Assembly: GCA_035511075.1 (NCBI GenBank)
Contig: DATKFW010000032.1
Location: 82,950 to 146,949, forward strand
From: Vulcanimicrobiaceae bacterium
GTDB taxonomy: Bacteria > Verrucomicrobiota > Verrucomicrobiia > Limisphaerales > Palsa-1400
DNA: 64,000 nucleotides
Reading direction: 5' to 3'
Made by a program: the position numbers and the translations under genes. The notes beneath the pieces are model-generated. The model made no database searches, was not told where the DNA came from, and saw only the letters and a list, made by a program, of their open reading frames with translations. Below are positions 31,044 through 37,500 of this stretch, in pieces (positions within the stretch are counted from its first letter, which is position 1; each line of letters starts with the position of its first letter).

Positions 31044-32006
31044 ATGAAAGCGGCGGGAGTCTGCATTTTGCTTCAGGTTCTTTGCGCCGCAGGTTATTCC
31101 GAGAATCTGCGGTTTAAGCAGTTCGGAACACCTATTCCAGCACGCGCTGATCTGGACGTGCGCTGGAATGGGCCTTCCAATGCGTTTCCGGCGAAGCTGT
31201 GGATTTATCACCTGCTGCCAGCAAAGTTTTCCGCTGAGACCATCGGCACTTTGACAGAGCTAGGTTCATTCACGGACAAAGATAGAACTGATTCAGGGGC
31301 AACCGAAATGCGCTTTCGCAGCGCTGACAAGGCTCGCAGTTTATACATATCCTTTCCCCTTGGAGTGATCGATTACGAAGGCGTACCTAAGTACAACCCG
31401 ACTAATCTGGTCGAAGACATTCCAAGTAAGGAAACGGCGGTCGATCTGACGCGGCAACTTCTGCCTAAGCTTGGAGTCAGGCTTTCCGACATAGACAAAG
31501 AGGAAAACAGCCCGGAACCCGCATTCCATGTGGGCGATTCTGCGATTACGTTTTTTGTTAATGGCACATTCGTCAGCAACATTGTCGAACGCCGGGTCGG
31601 TTTCCGGCGCGCCGTGGACGGCGCGTCATTTCTCAGCGCAGGCTCAGGCGGCGACGGAGACGTGAAATTCGGGGACCACGGCAAAATAGTCCAGATTTAC
31701 ATTTCGTGGCGTGGGTTGGACCGGGACAAGTCCTGTCCGACTGTTACACTCGACAAGATCGTCGAGTCGATTCGTAAAGGCCAAGCCGTGCAAGGATTGC
31801 TTCCATCCGACGCTCCTGGGATCGACTGGCCGAAGGTGAAAAGCATCACCATCAAGAAGGCGTGGCCTTGTTATTACGCCGGGAACCCTCTTGCTCCTTC
31901 CGATTGGCTTTATCCGTTTGCGGCGCTCTCAACAACCGTCGATACTGGCCGCCGGAATGTTGATGTCGAAATCGATTGCCCTATCATCGAAGAAGCTGGG
32001 GAATGA
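31044..32006 (+). CDS. secreted hypothetical protein, paralogue of the next gene
   Basis: 320 aa with a signal peptide (MKAAGVCILLQVLCAAG). Aligns with the next ORF (FPAKLWIYHLLPAKFSAETIGTL versus LPGDFWIYRRVLPHIFSASVISN; LLPKLGVRLSDI versus CASRLGVDLAQV). Starts 5 nt after the previous stop. Confidence 0.65.
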   Translation: MKAAGVCILLQVLCAAGYSENLRFKQFGTPIPARADLDVRWNGPSNAFPAKLWIYHLLPAKFSAETIGTLTELGSFTDKDRTDSGATEMRFRSADKARSLYISFPLGVIDYEGVPKYNPTNLVEDIPSKETAVDLTRQLLPKLGVRLSDIDKEENSPEPAFHVGDSAITFFVNGTFVSNIVERRVGFRRAVDGASFLSAGSGGDGDVKFGDHGKIVQIYISWRGLDRDKSCPTVTLDKIVESIRKGQAVQGLLPSDAPGIDWPKVKSITIKKAWPCYYAGNPLAPSDWLYPFAALSTTVDTGRRNVDVEIDCPIIEEAGE

Positions 32007-33004
32007 AAGCTTTTGTGCTCATCGCAATGATTTCGGGGATGGCTTTACCCTCTATTTGCGGTCCATATGCGTCGATGGAGAAATTCTCTCCCCATTTCTC
32101 CACAAATACACCGATTCTCTGGAAAGCAACGAATCAATTGCCCGGGGATTTTTGGATTTATAGGAGGGTTCTTCCGCATATCTTTTCCGCATCGGTGATT
32201 TCCAACGCAATCCTTCTGGCCTCGTTGGAGAAAGGCGGCTTTCCCAAGCCTTCCGCCAATGACTTTTACGTGCATGAAGATAAGGAACCAAACTACCCTG
32301 GCGCGATCTCCTGTTATTTTGGCATTATCCCTGGTGACGCGCATCTGTATTATGGCGCGCCCCACCCGGATACCAATTCAACGGAAATTCCAGATGACGA
32401 AATTCTCATAAAACGCGCGCGGGACTGTGCATCCCGACTCGGGGTTGATCTCGCACAGGTCGTTGCGGAGAAGCCAAGTTCCATTTTTAATCGGGATAAG
32501 GATTGGCACACGTTGACGAATCAGATTTGTGGCCGCCGCGTCTTTTTGTCGCGTCAGCTTGACGGAATTACATTTTACGACCACAACGACAACGGATGGA
32601 GTGAAGGCTTGAGTTTTGCCCTCAGCAATGGCGGAACAATCAGGTCCTTTTATCTGGACTGGCCAGAGGTTAAGCGGGCTGACCGGGGTCAAACGGCCAG
32701 CGTTCAGCAAATCATCGCCCTCATACGGGCACATAGAGTCATTGTGCTTCCCAATGTCGGTGAAGAAACGTATTTTCAGAGGGTCAAAGCGCTGGCAAAC
32801 GCCAAAACGTTCAGCATCACGAATGTTACTCCGTACTATCTCGACGGTGAGTTGGGGGACACGAATCAAAATTACGCGCCGCCTAAATACGCAACCCCGA
32901 TTGCTGAACTGGACGCTGTTGCCGACTTCGGGAACAGTAATGCCGCCGTTCGGATGTTTTCTTTCATCCTGTCCTCTGACGCGACGAGAGCGCTTACCAA
33001 ATAG
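32003..33004 (+). CDS. secreted hypothetical protein, paralogue of the previous gene
   Basis: ATG at 32003 overlaps the upstream stop (ATGA). Signal-like MKAFVLIAMISGMALPSICG. Colinear similarity to the 31044-32006 product. Confidence 0.65.
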   Translation: MKAFVLIAMISGMALPSICGPYASMEKFSPHFSTNTPILWKATNQLPGDFWIYRRVLPHIFSASVISNAILLASLEKGGFPKPSANDFYVHEDKEPNYPGAISCYFGIIPGDAHLYYGAPHPDTNSTEIPDDEILIKRARDCASRLGVDLAQVVAEKPSSIFNRDKDWHTLTNQICGRRVFLSRQLDGITFYDHNDNGWSEGLSFALSNGGTIRSFYLDWPEVKRADRGQTASVQQIIALIRAHRVIVLPNVGEETYFQRVKALANAKTFSITNVTPYYLDGELGDTNQNYAPPKYATPIAELDAVADFGNSNAAVRMFSFILSSDATRALTK

Positions 33005-33207
33005 ATTACCCGCAAATTCACTCTCCACCAGCGGCGTGAAACCATCGCTCGTGGCATAAGGCGGGCCGGTTTTTGCCGGTCATTCTGGCTGTCTCTTAAA
33101 ATTACTTTCCCGACTACGCCGTGCGGCCTTTCTGATGAGCACGCTAAAGTCCCCGCCGTGACACGCAAGCCGAAAAGCGGTTCTCCCCGTAACACCGTTG
33201 GTCCCGG

Positions 33208-33705
33208 TCATCCGCGCGAAAGTGTTAAATCTCCCGCATACGCCGGATGACGCGGGCCCAAAAGTTTCACGTTCCACCATGAACCTTCTTTCGTGACGTA
33301 TTTGGCGCAGTAATCGGCGACGTCATCTCGATTATTGACTGGCTCGATCCGGTTGCGACCATAACGCTCAAACCAAGTTCGCCAGGTTTCGCGCCGCGAT
33401 TTACTTTTACAATCACACCACAACGCGTGGACATGGTATCCATCCCTTCCTGGATTTTGTTCCAACGCGTAGAAATACGACACGCCCCACATTTCCCGTT
33501 TCATGAACTTTTCGTAACACCGTTGCGCCGACCAAATGGACGCTTCCCATGCAAATGTCATGTGTGAAATGACCTGCCACGGAGCCAGCGAATGCACCCA
33601 ATCGCCCATCTCCACGTTCAACTGCGCGACTTTCAACCGCATCGCCGGTTCAAGATTCCTCGCGTTGTTCATATTTACCCGTGGGCTGATTATTTCTGTA
33701 CACAC
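33208..33705 (-). CDS. small HUH-superfamily rolling-circle Rep/relaxase-like protein (two-tyrosine type)
   Basis: Motif I-like ISHMTFAW. HUH motif GYHVHALW (33427-33435). Two-Tyr motif YCAKYVTK (33289-33312), 6/8 identical to the phiX174 gpA active-site octapeptide YVAKYVNK as I recall it. Confidence 0.7.
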   Translation of the reverse strand: MCTEIISPRVNMNNARNLEPAMRLKVAQLNVEMGDWVHSLAPWQVISHMTFAWEASIWSAQRCYEKFMKREMWGVSYFYALEQNPGRDGYHVHALWCDCKSKSRRETWRTWFERYGRNRIEPVNNRDDVADYCAKYVTKEGSWWNVKLLGPRHPAYAGDLTLSRG

Positions 33706-33721
33706 CTTTCGGACAAGGATG

Positions 33722-33773
33722 GGGCAGTGGCCGGGCGCACCCGCTAAAGCGGGTGCATCCCGGCCACTTGCCC
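33722..33773. promoter_or_regulatory. long imperfect hairpin between the 112-aa ORF and Rep (candidate nick site/origin or operator)
   Basis: GGGCAGTGGCCGGGCGCACCCGC-TAAA-GCGGGTGCATCCCGGCCACTTGCCC: a ~23-bp stem with one bulge, one 2-nt mismatch and a 4-nt loop. It lies 17 nt upstream of the Rep start codon. Confidence 0.5.
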
Positions 33774-33810
33774 TTCTCCCACGAGGCCGCCATGTGTGGC
33801 CGCGTTACCA

Positions 33811-34149
33811 CTACTCCAAGGGCAGCGTTGAAACCGCCCGAATCATGACGCCGTTCTTGGCGTCAAACGTGTTCGGTTCCATCAGGTCGAATTCGATCAC
33901 CAGCTTTTGCCCGTCTTTGAAGATGCACGGGCATTGCGAAGTGGCTTGTTCGACTGTCTGGACGCTCCGAGGGCACCAGGTTTGAACCGTCGGTGCCTTC
34001 CCGTCGGCACATTGAACTTCGTAAAGGTTCACGATGCCGACGACCTTTTGTGCCTTGTTCTGAACTTCTTTGTAGCGATGCGCCACAAACTTGGCGATGG
34101 CCACACGGCGGCCCGCCAAGAACTGATTAACTGCTTCTGCTTGTTTCAT
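33811..34149 (-). CDS. hypothetical protein (first gene of the Rep transcription unit)
   Basis: 112 aa, same strand as and directly upstream of Rep. No recognisable motif. A single-strand-binding role is only a guess from position. Confidence 0.4.
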   Translation of the reverse strand: MKQAEAVNQFLAGRRVAIAKFVAHRYKEVQNKAQKVVGIVNLYEVQCADGKAPTVQTWCPRSVQTVEQATSQCPCIFKDGQKLVIEFDLMEPNTFDAKNGVMIRAVSTLPLE

Positions 34150-34311
34150 GTTTTTCCATTTGGCTTAACTGCGCAACAGGCGACGCCACGGCCTTCGCCG
34201 TTGAGGTTCACAACGATCAGTCCTTCGATTTTTCCATCCACGCCGGCCGAGCGAGCAGAATGGCCGGTTAGTTGCGCGACAGGCAGGCCACGCCTATTGC
34301 GAAAGGGAGCA

Positions 34312-34340
34312 TTGACAGTGCGCCGCTTCATTGGTAAAGT
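34312..34340 (+). promoter_or_regulatory. outward-facing sigma70-like promoter in end module copy A
   Basis: TTGACA (34312-34317), 17-nt spacer, TAAAGT (34335-34340). Points across the att core toward the PEP-CTERM gene. Confidence 0.45.
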
Positions 34341-34527
34341 TTCGTTGAAGTGGAACCCATTTCAGCCAGTGCCAGGATTGCAGCTTTGACAGCGGGAAGG
34401 AGCGTCGGCCAAGCGTTGATGACCGAAGCCAACTCGGCGGGAACAGGTGCCACTTGGTGTCCGACTGCGGTTTGTGAGTCTATTTGTGAGGCTCTTGGCG
34501 TAACGGCTTGATTTGCATCAGGCTTTG

Positions 34528-34556
34528 ACAGGTTCAATCCCTGTATCGCGCACCAT
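34528..34556 (+). repeat. att core copy 2 (attR of the 8.2-kb element)
   Basis: Identical 29 nt to 26377-26405. Confidence 0.9.
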
Positions 34557-34791
34557 CTAATCGGAAACGACCGCCCTGATGCTCTTGGCCGCGTCCGCCC
34601 CATCCGCGCTCTTTCTCCGGCCAGCGTCCAAAGACGCGCCGTGGAGTTGCTGACGACGCTGACGGACGCGAATTCGCTGATGGCCGAAAAGTGACTACGA
34701 ATGTCCCATAATCGGGTAGATGAGTTTTGTGGGGTCTGGTATTTTTATTATGAAAGCGTAGTTAGAAGACTAAAAAAAAAGACCAAAAATT

Positions 34792-35478
34792 ATGAAGAGT
34801 AGCATCGTTAAATTCTGCTTAGTGGGTATGACAATCGCGAGCGGACTCGCGTTGGCTGGCGAGGCTCAGGCCACGATTATTACCACGGCAACGCAAACCC
34901 CCACTTTTGACCCCACCGATTTTAACAATCCGGGCGGCGGCTATAGTTTTAACAATCTCTCACTGCCCGCCGGCACCTCTATTGGAACCACGGTGCTGCA
35001 AATTGACATTCCATTGTCAAGCAGTATCACCTTGACCAGCGTGGGCATGGGGTACAACTACGGCTTTGGCATGGGTGGCCTCGACCCTGAAATCCAGCCT
35101 GGCGGCGAAGCGTTCAGCTTTTACATTCAGTTGCTCAACAATGGTTCGGCCATTACCCCGAGTTATGCTTATCTCATGGCAAATCCCTATACTTTCGGGT
35201 TCACAGAGCCTAATCCGTTTGGTGTTCCCGAGAACAATTTGTATGTCACCACCGGCACCGGGTCGCTTGCCTCAAGCCTGACCTTTAATGAAATCGACAT
35301 TCAGGTTTTTAACTATAGCCAGACCGAAGCTGCAGACAGTTTCGGTGTTTCGTTGGGGGTCAATGAGCCTCTTAACGCCGTTCCCGAGCCGACAACGCTG
35401 ATCTCCGGCGCGATGCTGCTGCTGCCGTTTGGATCGAGTGCCCTGCGGCAGTTGCGCAAGAAATTACAGACGGCTTAA
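34792..35478 (+). CDS. PEP-CTERM sorting-domain protein
   Basis: Signal peptide (..GLALAGEAQA). C-terminal VPEPTTLISGAMLLLPFGSSALRQLRKK (PEP motif + TM + basic tail). Confidence 0.85.
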   Translation: MKSSIVKFCLVGMTIASGLALAGEAQATIITTATQTPTFDPTDFNNPGGGYSFNNLSLPAGTSIGTTVLQIDIPLSSSITLTSVGMGYNYGFGMGGLDPEIQPGGEAFSFYIQLLNNGSAITPSYAYLMANPYTFGFTEPNPFGVPENNLYVTTGTGSLASSLTFNEIDIQVFNYSQTEAADSFGVSLGVNEPLNAVPEPTTLISGAMLLLPFGSSALRQLRKKLQTA

Positions 35479-35507
35479 TAAGCGATTCGATTTTTCCGAT
35501 CTCCGAG

Positions 35508-35539
35508 AGGCGTTGGCTCTGGCCAGCGCCTTTTTGTTT
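35508..35539 (+). terminator. rho-independent terminator of the PEP-CTERM gene
   Basis: AGGCGTTGGC-TCTG-GCCAGCGCCT: a 10-bp stem with one G-U, followed by TTTTTGTTT. Confidence 0.7.
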
Positions 35540-35629
35540 CCTTCGATTTTTCCATCCACGCCGGACGAGCAGGCAGAATGGCCGGTTAGTTGCGCAACAG
35601 GCTGGCCAAGCCTATTACAAAAGGGAGCA

Positions 35630-35658
35630 TTGACAGTGCGCCGCCTCATTGGTAAACT
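35630..35658 (+). promoter_or_regulatory. outward-facing sigma70-like promoter in end module copy B
   Basis: TTGACA (35630-35635), 17-nt spacer, TAAACT (35653-35658). Points toward the prepilin-type gene at 35894. Confidence 0.4.
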
Positions 35659-35808
35659 TCCTCTGAAGTGGAACCCGTGCCAGCCGCGCCAGGATTGCAG
35701 CTTTGACATCGGGAATGAGCGTCGGCCAAGCGTTGATGACCGAAGCCAACTCGGCTGAAACAGGTGCCACTCGGTGCTCGGCTGCGGTTTGATTTGCATC
35801 AGGCTTTG

Positions 35809-35839
35809 ACAGGTTCGATCCCTGTATCGCGCACCATTT
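35809..35839 (+). repeat. att core copy 3 (outermost, one mismatch)
   Basis: ACAGGTTCGATCCCTGTATCGCGCACCATTT. One A-to-G change relative to the tRNA. Matches 2 further nt of the tRNA 3' flank. Confidence 0.85.
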
Positions 35840-35893
35840 AAGGAGGGAATTTTTTTGACTTTAGAGTCTTAACGATTAAAATAAGGTAAAGCT

Positions 35894-36670
35894 ATGTTGA
35901 AGAGATCGTATCTCACTCCAAACCGCCCTGAACAGGCGTTCACGCTGATCGAGCTTCTTGTCGTCATCGCCATCATCGCAATCCTGGCCGGGATGTTGTT
36001 GCCCGCGCTGGGGCAGGCCAAGATCAACGCCCAACGGAAAGTGACCCAGGCTGAGGAGAACAACCTGGTCGGCGCCATCAACCAGTACTATGCAACCTAT
36101 AGCCGGCTCCCCGCCTCTTCCAACGCTGTCAACGCGGCCACAGGCGCAACCCTCAACTCGAACGATTTCACATTTGGCACCTACGATTTGAAGATACCTG
36201 CCCTGGCCGATCCGATCCTGACTCGCGGCGTCGGCTCCAAGAACGGAGGGGACTACCAGACCAACAATGCCGAAGTGATGGCCATTCTTCGGGATGACAA
36301 CTGGTACCCGGAATTCAATGGCAACTTCGGTCACATTTACAATCCGCAGCAAACGGTGTTTTACTCGCCGAAGGCGGCAGCGGGCACCAACACGCCGGGC
36401 GTCGGTTTCGGCAATCCCGGCCTGGGTTCGGACGAGGTGCTGCGCGATATTTGGGGCATGCCCTATATAATTACCCTGGACCTGAACTATAACAATCGAG
36501 TTTACGATGATACGCTGGAGCAGATGTATAAGGTAAATCATGCTGGCGCCCCTGCGTTGATAACACCGGGGGAAGCCGTGGTGTGGTCTTTTGGCCCTGC
36601 AAAAACGATTAACACAGGCGTGGGACTGGGCGTAAGCTCAAACAAGTACGCCGTCCTGAGTTTCCAATAA
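35894..36670 (+). CDS. prepilin-type N-terminal cleavage/methylation domain protein (type II secretion pseudopilin-like)
   Basis: ..PEQAFTLIELLVVIAIIAILAGMLLPALGQAK.., the canonical PVC prepilin-like N-terminus. Confidence 0.85.
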   Translation: MLKRSYLTPNRPEQAFTLIELLVVIAIIAILAGMLLPALGQAKINAQRKVTQAEENNLVGAINQYYATYSRLPASSNAVNAATGATLNSNDFTFGTYDLKIPALADPILTRGVGSKNGGDYQTNNAEVMAILRDDNWYPEFNGNFGHIYNPQQTVFYSPKAAAGTNTPGVGFGNPGLGSDEVLRDIWGMPYIITLDLNYNNRVYDDTLEQMYKVNHAGAPALITPGEAVVWSFGPAKTINTGVGLGVSSNKYAVLSFQ

Positions 36671-36686
36671 AGGCTGGCTGCGGGAC

Positions 36687-37079
36687 GTGAGTTCAAGTCA
36701 AGGATTTCTGGAGCCAGAGGGCTTGCGCGTGACGGTGGATCGCGTCATCTACAATCCGGAGGCGAGAACACCGCCGGACCGGCCGCATTGTTTCATTTAC
36801 GTTATCACCATTCATAACGGCAGCGATCACGCCGTGACGATCAAGGGGCGCAAGTGGGTGGTGACCAATGATCACGGAGAAGTGACCGCGCTGGAGGGCG
36901 ACGGCGTGGTAGGCCAGACCCCCACGATTAATCCCGGCCAAAAATTCACCTACAATTCTTTCCACTTGCTGGATTCAAAATCCGCAAAGGCCGAGGGGAG
37001 CTATGTCGGCAAGGATGACCTCGGCCGCAAGGTGTTGGCGCGGATCCCGGCTTTTCAGATGGCGGTGCCGGGAAGTTAG
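36687..37079 (+). CDS. apaG: ApaG (DUF525) protein
   Basis: GTG start, 130 aa. ..FIYVITIHNGSDHAVTIKGRKWVVTNDHGEVTALEGDGVVGQTPTINPGQKFTYNS.. matches the ApaG fold family. Confidence 0.85.
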   Translation: MSSSQGFLEPEGLRVTVDRVIYNPEARTPPDRPHCFIYVITIHNGSDHAVTIKGRKWVVTNDHGEVTALEGDGVVGQTPTINPGQKFTYNSFHLLDSKSAKAEGSYVGKDDLGRKVLARIPAFQMAVPGS

Positions 37080-37080
37080 G

Positions 37081-37101
37081 AGCGTGTCTCAAACACACGC
37101 T
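37081..37101. terminator. hairpin between convergent apaG and infA
   Basis: AGCGTGT-CTCAAAC-ACACGCT (7-bp stem) in the 22-nt gap. U-tracts are weak. Confidence 0.35.
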
Positions 37102-37320
37102 TTAACTGTGGCGGAATGTGATCCGGGCCTTGCCCAGATCGTACGGGGACATCTGGACGTTGACCTTGTCTCCCACGCTGATACGGATGAAATTCTTGCG
37201 CATCTTGCCGGAGATATGGGCGAGGACCTCGTGGCCGTTGGGCAGGGCGACGCGAAACATTGTGCCCGGCAACACTTGCGTCACCGTTCCCAGTAGTTCA
37301 ATTGGTTCTTCTTTTGCCAA
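37102..37320 (-). CDS. infA: translation initiation factor IF-1
   Basis: TTG start at 37320 gives (M)[71 protein letters not shown]: 72 aa, colinear with E. coli IF-1. Confidence 0.92.
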   Translation of the reverse strand: MAKEEPIELLGTVTQVLPGTMFRVALPNGHEVLAHISGKMRKNFIRISVGDKVNVQMSPYDLGKARITFRHS

Positions 37321-37500
37321 GCATTGAATTGGGCTACGCGAACCCCTTATTCCATCGCGGTCGCGAACCTTGGCTCGCTCCCGGGCGAAAATCAAGGAAA
37401 GTTTTCATCGCCGGTCACTGGTCGAGGTTTCTTTGGGCTTGGGCGGCGTCGGAAACAGCCGCAAGGGGGGTCAACAATAATACGATTGCCGATATGCGGC

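Larger units (their letters stand above)
26377..34556. mobile_element. tRNA-Val-integrated ~8.2-kb integrative element (int, xis-like, HTH, secreted cargo operon, HUH Rep)
   Basis: Bounded by identical 29-nt direct repeats of the tRNA 3' end. The integrase abuts the tRNA. G+C is visibly lower than in the flanking chromosome. Confidence 0.8.
34222..34556 (+). repeat. element right-end module, copy A (duplicated at 35540-35839)
   Basis: About 90% identical by eye to copy B over ~300 nt. Contains a 36-nt segment (with TTGTGAG repeats) that copy B lacks. Ends in att core copy 2. Confidence 0.85.
34557..35839. mobile_element. tandem island remnant: PEP-CTERM gene plus a second end module and a third att core
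   Basis: Flanked by att core copies 2 and 3. Carries no integrase. Low G+C. A second copy of the end module is present. Confidence 0.55.
35540..35839 (+). repeat. element right-end module, copy B
   Basis: Aligns with 34222-34556 apart from a 36-nt deletion and a 1-nt indel. Ends in att core copy 3. Confidence 0.85.

Noticed and set aside
34146-34331. 61-aa ORF here, and the 111-aa ORF at 35464-35799, within the duplicated end modules
   Set aside because: They are read in different frames in the two module copies and are Arg-rich, with no start-site context. The conservation is explained by the DNA-level duplication. Only the frame continuous with the integrase (a separate finding) seemed worth reporting.
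26377-34556. Integrated filamentous (inovirus-like) prophage, suggested by the Rep + small ORF + large Gly-linker secreted protein
   Set aside because: There is no Zot/gpI-type P-loop ATPase and no set of small hydrophobic coat-protein ORFs. Genes lie on both strands in convergent blocks. An integrative (possibly mobilisable) element fits better.
34558-34700. Open frame ending ..AVELLTTLTDANSLMAEK just right of att core copy 2, as a gene fragment
   Set aside because: It has a higher G+C and looks like a C-terminal scrap, but it has no start and no identifiable family. It cannot be told apart from a chance open frame.
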